64,000 bases of DNA from an uncultured Pseudomonadales bacterium (GCA_964430265.1 CAYSEI010000001.1:61574-125573), one strand, 5' to 3'. Numbered from the stretch's first letter, positions 29,253-39,823 are shown. The notes: generated by a model not told the origin, from the sequence alone. Made by a program: numbers and translations.

Positions 29253-29498
29253 ATGATAACAACAGTTACAGTTAGTTCTAGAGGGCAGATAGTAATTCCT
29301 CAGAAGTTTAGAAAAGTATTTGGGATTGAGAAATCTGATAAATTGATTGTTGAATTAGACGAGGATAAACTAACAATGAAACCGGTTTTATCAATTGATG
29401 AGGCTTTTGGCATTGTAAAAACTAAGAAGAAGTTCTCAGAAAATGACTACGATAAAGCTATTTCTAAAGCTGTCATAGAAAAATTTTTGGATAAATGA
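29253..29498 (+). CDS. AbrB/MazE-family antitoxin
   Basis: VSSRGQIVIPQKFRKVFGI. Confidence 0.88.
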   Translation: MITTVTVSSRGQIVIPQKFRKVFGIEKSDKLIVELDEDKLTMKPVLSIDEAFGIVKTKKKFSENDYDKAISKAVIEKFLDK

Positions 29499-29866
29499 TT
29501 TATTTAGATACTAGTTGTTTAGTACGATTCTTTACTAAAGATCAGATAAAAAAAGCAAAACAAGTTAAAAAGCTGATTGAAAGTAGTAAGAAGCTTGCTG
29601 TTTCTGATGTAGTTTTTCCCGAACTTGAATATGTATTGTCTAATCTGTATCAAGTCAAAAGGCAGAAGCTAATAAGAATTTATCAGTTTTTAAAAGCACA
29701 AAAAAATATTAGAACATCACAAACAGCTAGCGCTTCTATAGGTTTGTATTCAAATTCTAATCTAGATATGGCTGACTGTATGATTGCTGTAAGTTCTAGA
29801 GACGGAAAATTAGCCAGTTATGATGAGCAATTATTAAAAGCAAAAGGTGTTAAAAGCTATTTTTGA
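29495..29866 (+). CDS. PIN-domain (VapC) toxin
   Basis: YLDTS, E, DMADC, SYD acidic tetrad; ATGA coupling to the antitoxin. Confidence 0.88.
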   Translation: MIYLDTSCLVRFFTKDQIKKAKQVKKLIESSKKLAVSDVVFPELEYVLSNLYQVKRQKLIRIYQFLKAQKNIRTSQTASASIGLYSNSNLDMADCMIAVSSRDGKLASYDEQLLKAKGVKSYF

Positions 29867-30377
29867 TTTCATCAAAAACTTTATAGATCTTATCTAATTC
29901 TGACTTGGAAAATTTTTGTAAAACATATTTTTCACCAGGAATATCTTCCAGCTTGCGGTTTTCCGTACCAATTCTTAAACGCCAGAATTGCTCGGATCCC
30001 AATTTTTCTTCAATTGATGTAACACCGTTGTGTGAAGGAGAGCTTTTGGCAAAAGATAATTTAAATTCCCCCAAAGAAAGATCAAGCTCATCATGAATCA
30101 CAAGCAGATTATCAAAATCCTTGATGCCGTTTTTTTTACAGAATATCTGGACCGCAATTCCGGATTTATTCATGTAAGTTTGTGGTTTTAATAGGGAAGT
30201 GGATTCATATTCTGTAACTTCGGACTGAAATCGCTTGGAGCTGTTCCATTCCAGTTCGTTATTGTCTGCAAGCATGTTTAAGAACATAAAACCAACATTA
30301 TGGCGGGTTTTTGCAAATTTATTTCCCGGATTTCCTAATCCAACAATAACTTTAAAATCAGCAAATTTTTTCTCCAT
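29850..30377 (-). CDS. pth: Peptidyl-tRNA hydrolase
   Basis: GLGNPG, TRHNVGF, KPQTYMN.SG, HDELDL, HNG. Confidence 0.96.
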   Translation of the reverse strand: MEKKFADFKVIVGLGNPGNKFAKTRHNVGFMFLNMLADNNELEWNSSKRFQSEVTEYESTSLLKPQTYMNKSGIAVQIFCKKNGIKDFDNLLVIHDELDLSLGEFKLSFAKSSPSHNGVTSIEEKLGSEQFWRLRIGTENRKLEDIPGEKYVLQKFSKSELDKIYKVFDEIKNSF

Positions 30378-30378
30378 A

Positions 30379-30591
30379 TTAATCTTCCTCTGTTTCTATA
30401 ATTGCCAATTTCCCCCTAAATTTATCTTTTTTTGCTTCTTCAAGAGCAGCTCTGCAGATACGGCAATGAGTAGGTGATTGTAATTCTTTTTCATCATAGA
30501 ATTTTTGTTCGCCTGCAGTCCAAGCAAACTTTTGTCCGCAGCTCTTGCAGACAACAACTTTATCCTGGTAATTTTGATTATTATTGTTCAT
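30379..30591 (-). CDS. Small zinc-ribbon protein (zf-trcl-like)
   Basis: CKSCG..F.WTAGEQKFY......P.HCRIC. Confidence 0.85.
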   Translation of the reverse strand: MNNNNQNYQDKVVVCKSCGQKFAWTAGEQKFYDEKELQSPTHCRICRAALEEAKKDKFRGKLAIIETEED

Positions 30592-30640
30592 AAGTTATAT
30601 TCTTTTTTTTAGTTACTTTACATTTATATTATTAAAGCAG

Positions 30641-30713
30641 TGGACCGTAGCGGAATTGAACCGCTGACCTCATCCATGCGAAGGATGCGCTCTTCCAGCT
30701 GAGCTAACGGCCC
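30641..30713 (-). tRNA. tRNA-Ala(CGC)
   Basis: Cloverleaf GGGCCGT...ACGGTCCA, G3:U70, anticodon arm CATCC-TTCGCAT-GGATG; no encoded CCA. Confidence 0.95.
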
Positions 30714-30757
30714 GTCCGTATCTATTATATCAGATATTTTTATGTTAAACTCGAGAT

Positions 30758-32254
30758 ATGAAAAGGGCGAAAATACTATTAAAAAATGTAGTGGTTAATT
30801 TTTTAACCCAAGCACTGACTTTTTTGGTTTCTTTTATTGCTACTCCGTATATTTTTCATAATCTTGGTGAGGAAAAGTTTGGGTTGTTAATGCTTTTTGT
30901 AACAATAAACGGCTGGTTTGTTATTTTTGATCTGGGAATGATACCGGCAATGATAAAATATTTAGCAGAAATTTTGGAGAATAAGAAAAAAAAGAAAGAA
31001 CTGGTAAATACAGCTTGGACAGCAACTCTATTAATAGTTCTTGCAGGTGGTGGTTTGGTTGCTTTTTTTGCAGACTTTTTAATTAAAAATGTTTTTAAAG
31101 TTTCTTTGGAGATTGAAAGTTTAGCAATTATGAGTTTAAGATTGATGTCAATCAGCTTTGTTTTTACTTTATTGAGTAATTTTTTGACCGGCATACCAAG
31201 GGCAATGCAAAAATTTGAGATTGCCAATTTAAAAAATCTTTTTTTGGGACTTTTTATACCTTTAGGGTCAGTTATACTTTTGTTTTCTGGTTTTGATTTT
31301 TCCGAGGTTATTTGGGTGTATATTTGTACAAATTTTTTCGCTTTTGTAATATTTTTAATTATTGCTAACAAACTTTTGGGAGAAGTGAATATTGGGTTCG
31401 GGTTAAACAAAAAGGTATTAAAAAAGATTCTCTCTTTTTCATTTTTTAAATTTATTTCTCGTTTAACAGCACGAGTAAACTTTCAATTGAACCATTTTTT
31501 GATTGCTTCCTTTTTGTCTGTTTCACAGCTGGGTTTTTATGCAGTGCCAGCAGGAATAGGGGAGAAACTCTTGTCGGTCCTTCCCAACTTGACTCTGCCG
31601 ATTTTTCCTTTAGCTTCAGAGCTGGAAAAGGGTGGCGAAAAAGAAAATATTAAAAAATTGTATAAAGAAGCAGTCAGACTGTCCAATTTTCTTATGACGC
31701 CAGTTTTTATTTTTTTGGTGTTTTTCGGACCGGAATTTTTAGAAATTTGGATGGGAGAGGATTTTGCTAGAAATGCGGGTTTAGTTTTACAAATATTGTC
31801 TTTTGTTTATTTGCTTTCTTCCTATCCTGCAGTTCCGGCTGCAATAATAGAAGGATCAGGAAAACCACAATTGACTGCTTTTTGGGGTGGAGTAAACACT
31901 GTTTTACTAACTTTAAGTGCTTTGATTTTAATTCCGCATTTTGGACTTGTTGGAGCTGCAGGCTCAATGCTTTTTTCTCGAGTTATTCAAGTTCCACTTT
32001 TCATATTCTGGATAACTTACAAAGAGATCGGGATAAAAAAATTAAGATTTTTTTGGGACGGGTATGCAAAGATACTAATTTTAAGTGTTATCAGTGCGGC
32101 AATAGTATATTCACTTCCGCTTGGACAAAATACATTATTCAGGCTGGTTATCTCTTTGTTTATCTACTTAATAATTGGAGCATTTTTTTCCTACATTACT
32201 AATACTATCGGCAAAAGGGATATTAAGACTCTAAAGCAAATTTTAAATAAATAA
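30758..32254 (+). CDS. Wzx/MOP-family polysaccharide flippase
   Basis: Many TM helices; LGEEKFG, DLG, LGFYA, LIP.FGL.GAA. Confidence 0.88.
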   Translation: MKRAKILLKNVVVNFLTQALTFLVSFIATPYIFHNLGEEKFGLLMLFVTINGWFVIFDLGMIPAMIKYLAEILENKKKKKELVNTAWTATLLIVLAGGGLVAFFADFLIKNVFKVSLEIESLAIMSLRLMSISFVFTLLSNFLTGIPRAMQKFEIANLKNLFLGLFIPLGSVILLFSGFDFSEVIWVYICTNFFAFVIFLIIANKLLGEVNIGFGLNKKVLKKILSFSFFKFISRLTARVNFQLNHFLIASFLSVSQLGFYAVPAGIGEKLLSVLPNLTLPIFPLASELEKGGEKENIKKLYKEAVRLSNFLMTPVFIFLVFFGPEFLEIWMGEDFARNAGLVLQILSFVYLLSSYPAVPAAIIEGSGKPQLTAFWGGVNTVLLTLSALILIPHFGLVGAAGSMLFSRVIQVPLFIFWITYKEIGIKKLRFFWDGYAKILILSVISAAIVYSLPLGQNTLFRLVISLFIYLIIGAFFSYITNTIGKRDIKTLKQILNK

Positions 32255-32276
32255 TATATATGGTAAACTATAGGAG

Positions 32277-35200
32277 ATGAAAACCTGGCAAAAACTAGTC
32301 AGTAGTATATTTTTATTGGTTGTATTGTTTCTGGTCTTTCCCAAAGAAGCAGATGCATACTTTGGCTATAATGTTCACAGTTTAGCAAAAGAAAATCCGG
32401 AAAACATTTCCCGTATTTTAAATTACCTTGCAAGCAATTGTGAAACCACAATTGTACGATTATGGGGTTATGAATCAACATTTGGCATTCAGGGATATGA
32501 TAATTTGCAAAAAGTACTTGATGCAGCTCCCTCAAATATTAAATTCATAGTTGCGCTTGAAGATTTTCCTTATGGACCTCCTGAAAGTAATCCGGGAGCC
32601 TGGTATTCAAACGGGTATAGAACCAGGTATCGAGATTATGTAGCGCGGATGCTTGACAGGTACGGCAACTCGGAGAAGATATTGATTTGGGAAATGGTTA
32701 ATGAACCGCACTGTAAGGGCGATTCTTCTTGTCTTTCTTCTCTTGTTGACTTTATAAATGACATGAGTAATTTAATGGCATCCAAAACATCAGCATACAT
32801 TTCCCCTGGGTTAATGACCTCGCAAATCCCATTAGATACTTATGAATTTATAACAAATTTGCAAAATATTACAGCCAATTCCTGCCACTATTACAATGAA
32901 TCAAATACCAAAGGGAGTTGTCTTGATGCAGCAAATATTGTTAAGGGAGCGGGAAAGTTTTACTATATTGGTGAAGCAGGATACAAAGCAAGTGGTTCAG
33001 GAGGAAGTGGAAGCTGTACAAGTGCGGACTGTACGAATGTTTGTGGTCTGCAGCCATTGCAGCAAAGATATGATCAAGTTCAAGCTGACAGAAGTCAATT
33101 AACGGGAACAGGAGCAGATGCTTTTATACTCTGGCAATTTTCTCCGCAAAGAAATCCTTTACTGATATGTGATCGTTTTTCAGTTTTTCCTGAAGATCCA
33201 TTGTGTGGAGGAGAAGGTTTGGATTTAATACCCACGGATGTTGGCGAGGACATGGACGAGATTCTGGATGTTAATCAAGAAACAGCTTACGGTCGAAGGG
33301 TCTACGGAAGGGGTATTCCCTGTGGTCCTTTGCGCAGCTGGCCAGCGACTGGGGAAGAAGAAGTACAAACATATTATGATATTTCTGAATGGGAAAACCA
33401 ATACCAAGCGGCAAACGGATTTCCCCAGCATCCGTATGATGCAATGGATTTTGTTCCTTATGATTGGAGTCCGGAAAGACCATTTGTTGGAGACAACTGT
33501 TATCCTTTGGAATATACTACTAAAACAGACTACAATATTGAATATTGTGCAGAACAGCCGGTGGGAACGGATAAAATAAAATATTTTATCCAGCCGCCTT
33601 CAGAGATAATTGATTATCTTGAAGTAGCAGATTTACACATGACTAGTTTACAAATTCCCTTTTTAGGAATAAGCAGAGCTTCATCAAACTATATGTGGGA
33701 CAAAGAAGACAGAATGCAAAACTTTTTAACCAGCTACTTACGCGGTGAATTATATTTTGATAGAACTTGGGTTGATTCAGAAGACGTTACACCGGAAATG
33801 TTGGAAAGGGAAACAGGAGTTATCAGAAAACTTTATCCAAGAGATTGGATGTATAGTGGTGATATTGCTAACAAGTGGAAAGAGAAAGATATGATAATTG
33901 ACAGACTTTTAAAAGCTACATTTCAAGAATACGAAAGTGAGCTAGAAGGACCAATACACGACTATCCATTAATTTACAAAAATGCCAGCGGGGATTTTTT
34001 GTCTGAAGATGATTTTAAAGAAACTTTTCCTTCCGGACTTCCGGACAGAAAATCATATGAAGATGTCTGGCCGGTAAGAATAAGCCAACTGGTCTGTCAG
34101 AATTCAAATATTTTGGTTGATTATGGATATGATCAGCATCCTGCTTGTCAGCAAGGAACTAATTGGCTAGCTGATTCTGGATCACATGAAGATGAAGGAC
34201 TTTTGTATCAAGAGCTCTGGCCTAAATATTTTCCAATTGCCTCAAAAGAGGATGCCAAAGTTATTGTTGACTTTAGTATGCCTGATGATAATGAAGCGAG
34301 AAATATTAATGATGTTCCAATCAAAAACCAAAGATTTTTTGATATGAGCTTAAATGAGCAGAAACAAATACTTGAACAATATAACGGTCAATATGTGACT
34401 AGGGGTGGAGATGGTTTAATGCGGCATAGGGTAGAAGAAATTTTTGTTCCGTATATAGCTGAAATGGAAGATTTAAGCGACTGGGTTTTTAAAACAGCAA
34501 TATCTGAAGAAAGACAAAAAGAAGCCAGAGATAATGAATATGCCGACTCAAGTATTGATAATGTTAAGCTTCCTAGTGACGACGAATGCAAGCTGGATGA
34601 AGCAAGAGGCGGGATAGCTGATCCAGTTGCAGTTAATTATCAAAATTATTTACACGACACAAATGATCCAACAGTTCCAATTCGCAGGGAAGATATGTGG
34701 GTTTGGGTATTAAATGAGGTTGAAGCAGACAAAAGTACAAAAGAACCGACATATTGTGCTCCTGATCCTTGTGATCCGACGTTTCAAGACTGCAGTAATG
34801 ATTGTGTCAGTCCGAACAAAGAAACTGAAAAATCAAAAGGAAAGATTGAAACAAAGTTTCCTTTACTGAATACTGTAGCTTCAAGGCTAATAGGGGAAAA
34901 ATATGGAGCCTTTAATATATTTTTTACAGATGAGCAATTAAATACAATAAAAACAAAAATTAGTGAAAAAGTAGATAACAAAGTAAATCCTTTGGAACTG
35001 CCGGCAGAAGGTAAATCAAAATTTGACTGGGTAGAGCAAAGTGGAATAAGTACTAAAAGTGATGGGAAAATGTGTGATGAATATTGTGAAGGAAACAGAG
35101 ATGTAAAATCAGTAGACAGCAGTGGGAAAGAAGTTGATTTCTATTTTCCTTATGTAGGCTCTTTACAAATTTTCCGCCAGCTGATTTCTAGGCAGCTTCT

Positions 35201-35819
35201 GCCATATGGCTATGAACTGGCAACAGCAGACGCACAATCTGTTGATTACGATACTTCAGGTAGGGAATTGGGCTCTTGCCAAGCAGTTGATATTCCTGAC
35301 ATGGCACCAATGTCGGAAAATGCAATAGCACAGGCAGCAGTCAGTGATGATGAGGCAAGAGTTTTAGGAGGTATTTTGTATGTTGAGTCAGCGCATGCTT
35401 ATCAAACGGGCGATTCAACTCATTGTCCGGTTAGTCCTTGCGGTGCAGTGGGATGGTTTCAAATAGTTTGTGGATGGGAGAATGTTAATTGTGATCCAAG
35501 CAAAGGTGCAATATGTGATGCATACTGTTCAAACGGCCAAGTGCAGAACAAAAACGCATTTGCCTGTCCAGCAGGAATAACAGATCCGCAGCAATTATGT
35601 GATCCAAATACAGCAGCAGAGGAAGCTATTAAAAAGATTAGAGGAAAAATGGGCAAGTCTTCGGGTGAAAGCTGGACTGCTGATGAAGCAGGCGAAGCAG
35701 CCGCCAGATATTTTGGTGAAAGCGCTTCTATTGCAAACTGCAGTGACGGACAAGAATGGTCACGCCTAGGAAATTGTACTTATTGTGAATTTGTCAGAGA
35801 ATACTTCAATAGTTACTAA
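32277..35819 (+). CDS. Large secreted protein: N-terminal GH5-like glycoside hydrolase and C-terminal lysozyme/SLT-like domain
   Basis: Signal peptide; VRLW, WEMVNEP, HYY, IGEAG, WQF (clan GH-A); GILYVES...GAVGWFQI. Confidence 0.7.
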   Translation: MKTWQKLVSSIFLLVVLFLVFPKEADAYFGYNVHSLAKENPENISRILNYLASNCETTIVRLWGYESTFGIQGYDNLQKVLDAAPSNIKFIVALEDFPYGPPESNPGAWYSNGYRTRYRDYVARMLDRYGNSEKILIWEMVNEPHCKGDSSCLSSLVDFINDMSNLMASKTSAYISPGLMTSQIPLDTYEFITNLQNITANSCHYYNESNTKGSCLDAANIVKGAGKFYYIGEAGYKASGSGGSGSCTSADCTNVCGLQPLQQRYDQVQADRSQLTGTGADAFILWQFSPQRNPLLICDRFSVFPEDPLCGGEGLDLIPTDVGEDMDEILDVNQETAYGRRVYGRGIPCGPLRSWPATGEEEVQTYYDISEWENQYQAANGFPQHPYDAMDFVPYDWSPERPFVGDNCYPLEYTTKTDYNIEYCAEQPVGTDKIKYFIQPPSEIIDYLEVADLHMTSLQIPFLGISRASSNYMWDKEDRMQNFLTSYLRGELYFDRTWVDSEDVTPEMLERETGVIRKLYPRDWMYSGDIANKWKEKDMIIDRLLKATFQEYESELEGPIHDYPLIYKNASGDFLSEDDFKETFPSGLPDRKSYEDVWPVRISQLVCQNSNILVDYGYDQHPACQQGTNWLADSGSHEDEGLLYQELWPKYFPIASKEDAKVIVDFSMPDDNEARNINDVPIKNQRFFDMSLNEQKQILEQYNGQYVTRGGDGLMRHRVEEIFVPYIAEMEDLSDWVFKTAISEERQKEARDNEYADSSIDNVKLPSDDECKLDEARGGIADPVAVNYQNYLHDTNDPTVPIRREDMWVWVLNEVEADKSTKEPTYCAPDPCDPTFQDCSNDCVSPNKETEKSKGKIETKFPLLNTVASRLIGEKYGAFNIFFTDEQLNTIKTKISEKVDNKVNPLELPAEGKSKFDWVEQSGISTKSDGKMCDEYCEGNRDVKSVDSSGKEVDFYFPYVGSLQIFRQLISRQLLPYGYELATADAQSVDYDTSGRELGSCQAVDIPDMAPMSENAIAQAAVSDDEARVLGGILYVESAHAYQTGDSTHCPVSPCGAVGWFQIVCGWENVNCDPSKGAICDAYCSNGQVQNKNAFACPAGITDPQQLCDPNTAAEEAIKKIRGKMGKSSGESWTADEAGEAAARYFGESASIANCSDGQEWSRLGNCTYCEFVREYFNSY

Positions 35820-35854
35820 AACTATTCGTAAATAAATTTAGGAGTTATAATTTG

Positions 35855-35925
35855 CAGGTCCGCCAGGATTTGAACCCGGAATAACGGTTTTGGAGACCGT
35901 TGTGATACCATTTCACCACGGACCT
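35855..35925 (-). tRNA. tRNA-Trp(CCA)
   Basis: AGGTCCG...CGGACCTG, anticodon arm ACGGT-CTCCAAA-ACCGT. Confidence 0.95.
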
Positions 35926-35928
35926 ATG

Positions 35929-36001
35929 TGGACCGTATCGGGTTTGAACCGATGACCTCTTGCATGCCATGCAAGTGCTCTTCCAGCTGAGCTAACGGCC
36001 C
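35929..36001 (-). tRNA. tRNA-Ala(GGC)
   Basis: G3:U70, anticodon arm CTTGC-ATGGCAT-GCAAG. Confidence 0.95.
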
Positions 36002-36096
36002 GGATGCTAATATTATAGCATTTTAGATAATTGCAAGAAAGTTACAAGGGAATTTTATACTTGATACTTTAGGCTTGATAATATAAGCTAGATCTT

Positions 36097-37923
36097 ATGT
36101 GCGGGATAATTGGTTATACCGGCAGTAAAAAAGTTCTTCCATATCTTCTGACAGGTTTAAAAAATCTTGAATACCGCGGATATGATTCCTGTGGAATTGC
36201 TTTAATGGAGGAAAACGGGATTAAAATAGTTAAAACAAAAGGTGAAGTGGACAAGCTGGTCCAAATAACTTCTGATCTGGAAACAAAAGCAACATTAGGA
36301 ATAGGGCATACACGTTGGGCCACACACGGAAAGCCTTCCAAAAAGAATGCCCATCCGCATACTGACTGTACTGGTAAACTTGCTTTAGTCCATAACGGTA
36401 TTATTGAAAACTTTAAAGAGTTAAAGAAAAAACTGATAAAAAAGGGGCATAAATTAAAATCAGAAACAGATACCGAGGTTTTAGTGCATTTGATTGAGGA
36501 AAAGTTAAAGAAAGAAAAGGATATTTTATTAGCAACTAGAAAAGCGTTATCAGAAATAATTGGGGCATACGGAATTGTTTTAATATCAAGTGATTTTCCT
36601 GACCAGATTATAGTTGCGAGAAACTCTAGCCCCTTGCTTTTAGGATTTGGTGAAAAAGGAAATTTTGTTGCTTCTGACCAACCGGCTTTAGTTTCCTGGA
36701 CGCAGGATATGGCCACTCTAAAAAACGAGCAGGTTGCCAGGATAACCAAAAATAAGGTGGAAATACAAAGTCTGGATGGGCAGTCGGAACGCTACCAAAA
36801 AATATTTGTGGAAGATAAATTTGAACAAGTCAGCAAAAAAGGTTACAAACACTTTATGTACAAAGAAATTCAGGAACAACCTGAAGTGATTAAGGATGCT
36901 TTAAGCGGTAGGTTTGACAAGAATAAAGGGGTTAAGTTAGGGGGAATAGAGGATTATCTTGAGGTTTTATGTAAAAAAGACTTTATTACTCTTGTAGGGT
37001 GTGGCACTTCTAAATATGCCTGTATGACCGCAAAATATTTTTTTCAAGATATAGCAGAAATTCCCGTAGTTGTTGAAGATGCAACTGATTTAGTTGGATC
37101 AAATTATCCCTGGGAAAAAGGACAACCTGTAGTTTTTGTTTCCCAAAGCGGAGAGACAGCGGATATTTTGTCTGTTTTAAGAAAAGCAAAAGAAAAGGAT
37201 ATTTTACCCTTTGGATTGGTAAATGTTATAGGATCCTCAATTGCCAGAGAAACTGAGGCAGGAATATATACCAGGTCGGGTTTTGAAATTGGAGTTGCTT
37301 CAACAAAAAACTTTACAAATCAGATATTGGCATTTCTTCTTTGGGCAATTTTACTTGGTGTAAAAAAAGGAAATTTAAAAGGAAAAAGAAAAAAAGAATT
37401 ATTTGCAAAAATTGACAAAATACCCGAGTATGTACAAAAAGTATTGGATAAAGAAAAAACAATTAAAAAATTGGCAAAAAAGCTAAAAAAAAGAAATAAA
37501 ATATATATTTTAGGAAGGAAAAAAGGTTATGCACTTTGTTTAGAAGCAGCATTGAAAATTAAAGAAATATCATATTTGCCAGCTGAAGGAATAGGAGCAG
37601 GTTTTTTAAAACACGGACCTTTGGCACTGGTGGAAAAAGACACGGTCTTGCTATTTCTTCTTCCGGATGATCCTCAATTTGAAAAAAACCTTAATAGTAT
37701 TCATGAGGCTGCTGCCAGAGGCGGGGATATATATATTTTAACTAATAAAGATAAAGAGTTTGAAAAGGAATTCAATGTATACAACTTTCCCAAATGCAAT
37801 CAACATTTAAATATTTTCCCGATGACAGCTTGGGTGCAAATGCTGGCATATTGGACAGCTAGAGAATTAGATAGGCCAATAGATAAACCCCGAAATCTTG
37901 CTAAAAGTGTAACTGTAGAATAA
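36097..37923 (+). CDS. glmS: Glutamine-fructose-6-phosphate transaminase
   Basis: MCGIIG, GHTRWATHG, SQSGETAD, PRNLAKSVTVE. Confidence 0.98.
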   Translation: MCGIIGYTGSKKVLPYLLTGLKNLEYRGYDSCGIALMEENGIKIVKTKGEVDKLVQITSDLETKATLGIGHTRWATHGKPSKKNAHPHTDCTGKLALVHNGIIENFKELKKKLIKKGHKLKSETDTEVLVHLIEEKLKKEKDILLATRKALSEIIGAYGIVLISSDFPDQIIVARNSSPLLLGFGEKGNFVASDQPALVSWTQDMATLKNEQVARITKNKVEIQSLDGQSERYQKIFVEDKFEQVSKKGYKHFMYKEIQEQPEVIKDALSGRFDKNKGVKLGGIEDYLEVLCKKDFITLVGCGTSKYACMTAKYFFQDIAEIPVVVEDATDLVGSNYPWEKGQPVVFVSQSGETADILSVLRKAKEKDILPFGLVNVIGSSIARETEAGIYTRSGFEIGVASTKNFTNQILAFLLWAILLGVKKGNLKGKRKKELFAKIDKIPEYVQKVLDKEKTIKKLAKKLKKRNKIYILGRKKGYALCLEAALKIKEISYLPAEGIGAGFLKHGPLALVEKDTVLLFLLPDDPQFEKNLNSIHEAAARGGDIYILTNKDKEFEKEFNVYNFPKCNQHLNIFPMTAWVQMLAYWTARELDRPIDKPRNLAKSVTVE

Positions 37924-37925
37924 GT

Positions 37926-38099
37926 TTAGTCCAGTTTAGTAGTTTCTTTGTGTTCTGTATGTTTCCTGCAGTTTTTACAAAACTTCTTTATCTCCAGTTT
38001 GTCAGGAGAGTTGACTTTGTTTTTTTCCGATATATAGTTGTGACTGCTGCAAATATTACATTTAAGAGCAATCAGTTGTCTTGGTCCACTTTTTGCCAT
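37926..38099 (-). CDS. rpmG: 50S ribosomal protein L33 (57 aa, zinc-binding form, not in the ORF track)
   Basis: MAKSGPRQLIALKCNICSSHNY..KNK.N.PDKLE...FCKNCRKHTEHKE. Confidence 0.93.
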   Translation of the reverse strand: MAKSGPRQLIALKCNICSSHNYISEKNKVNSPDKLEIKKFCKNCRKHTEHKETTKLD

Positions 38100-38159
38100 A
38101 ACAATAGGATTTTACCAGTTTCCCCTTTATTTTTCAAACTTTTGCTATAAAATAACCTT

Positions 38160-39803
38160 ATGAACTGTGTGAACCGTGAAACTTTTCCCATAGATGAACA
38201 AAGTCGGGATTTAGAAGATATTTCAGGGAATGAAATATCAACAAAACCAATAACGATTTGTCAAGCAAAAGACCAGGCCAGATTAACTTCAACATTATTG
38301 CACAATCTTGAGGTTGACGGTGAAAGTATTAATGAACTGTATGAAAGTGTTTATAGAAGGGACCATAATTTTTGTCATGGAAGAAGAACAGAAGGGGACT
38401 TAAAAGATATTTTGGAACACGGACCTTGTCTGCGTAACATGCAGGAGCTTAAACAATATTATTTTCCTGCATTTTTGGCTATCCGGGAACATGATGTGAT
38501 TCAGGTTATAACCGGGAAAAAAAGAAGACATGCACAAAGAGGAGCTTTTTTTACCTTGTGTGCTTTGTGTCATTACCGTGATCAAATGGTCAAAATTGAC
38601 AATGGAATTGATGATCCGCAAAAAGTAATAAGTGATGAGCAAATATATTCAACCATAACAATGATTAGGTATCATTCACATCCCCAAGAATTAGAAGGAA
38701 TGGATAGTTTTCTTAGTGTAAAGGAAATAGCAGAGGAAATACCTAGTATTAGTACGGAAGAAAGACAAGAAATACTAAAAAAACAGCAGGATGCAATACT
38801 TAAGGCATATAGGGAATCTGAAGGAGAGTGGAGTGCAAAAGAGGCAAGGGCTGTTGCAGCCAAAGTAAAAAGCGATTTTGAAAAATTGGGAGAAAACTAT
38901 TTTATCAGGGATGAAGAAGCAGAATTATATGATATTGTACCGGGGTGGAGGAAATACCATGAAATGGCTATGAAAGGAGAATTACTTGAAGGGGTTGAAG
39001 AAAGAGTGGATTTTGAAAATTTGCGTCTAATGGCAAAACTAGTTGCTGCGGCTGATAAATTGGACGGAATTGCAGGGGGAGCGTTTTCTTTTATAAGGCT
39101 TTTTAAAACTCCAATAAGTGATGAAAGACCTTTTTACACTAGAACAGAAGGTTATGAATTTGACAAAGAAAATTTGGATAAAATGCTTTTAAGCAGGGAA
39201 GATATTTTAAGGATTTTTCAAGGAAAGGGAGATTCAATTGAAAGAGAATTATGGCAGCAAGCTTTGATTGGCAGGGGAGAATCCCCAAGTGATGAATGCC
39301 GGATATATGCAGAGTTTTTAAAAGCATACGAATATTTGGGAAATCTTTCAAAAAGACAGGACATAATGATTGTCAAGAGCAAGCTGAGCTACTATTTACG
39401 GGAACGTTTTAAGGCTTGGAAAGGTTTTATTAATGCTCTTGAGCAAGGTGAGGGTATTGCTGATATTGAAGAAGCTGAAACTGAAAAAGATCTTAAAAAA
39501 GGAGTCATTGGTTATTTCAGAAAGGTAATTGAAAAAGAAGAAAAAAAGTCAGGGAAAGATAAACATAAGCCAAAAGAAAAAGAATGTTTAAAAGAAGATT
39601 TTGTTTTTGTAGTGGTGATGTTAATCAGTAAACTCAAAGAGGAAGGGGATATTTTTTCACTTCCGGAGGAAGAAAGAAAAAAGATTGCACAAAAAATGAA
39701 GCGGAAAGCAAACATAATAGGAAAATATCTTGATGAGTTTTATCCCCAATCTGTTTACGGAGCGGGTAATCCGAGTAAAAAGAGCTATTATCCGCCATAT
39801 TAA
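38160..39803 (+). CDS. Hypothetical protein, divergent HD-domain-like
   Basis: HNFCH, ALCHYRD, IRYH, AAADKLDG occur in HD-fold order. Confidence 0.55.
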   Translation: MNCVNRETFPIDEQSRDLEDISGNEISTKPITICQAKDQARLTSTLLHNLEVDGESINELYESVYRRDHNFCHGRRTEGDLKDILEHGPCLRNMQELKQYYFPAFLAIREHDVIQVITGKKRRHAQRGAFFTLCALCHYRDQMVKIDNGIDDPQKVISDEQIYSTITMIRYHSHPQELEGMDSFLSVKEIAEEIPSISTEERQEILKKQQDAILKAYRESEGEWSAKEARAVAAKVKSDFEKLGENYFIRDEEAELYDIVPGWRKYHEMAMKGELLEGVEERVDFENLRLMAKLVAAADKLDGIAGGAFSFIRLFKTPISDERPFYTRTEGYEFDKENLDKMLLSREDILRIFQGKGDSIERELWQQALIGRGESPSDECRIYAEFLKAYEYLGNLSKRQDIMIVKSKLSYYLRERFKAWKGFINALEQGEGIADIEEAETEKDLKKGVIGYFRKVIEKEEKKSGKDKHKPKEKECLKEDFVFVVVMLISKLKEEGDIFSLPEEERKKIAQKMKRKANIIGKYLDEFYPQSVYGAGNPSKKSYYPPY

Positions 39804-39823
39804 AAATTATATAATAAAAGTTA

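Noticed and set aside
30641-36001. Two near-identical tRNA-Ala genes as attL/attR of an island
   Set aside because: Both are complete tRNAs with different anticodons (CGC, GGC), and no integrase lies between them.
36002-36096. glmS ribozyme
   Set aside because: Only about 95 AT-rich nt containing promoters; no room or conserved core.
37950-38150. 66-aa ORF on the + strand
   Set aside because: It is the antisense shadow of rpmG.
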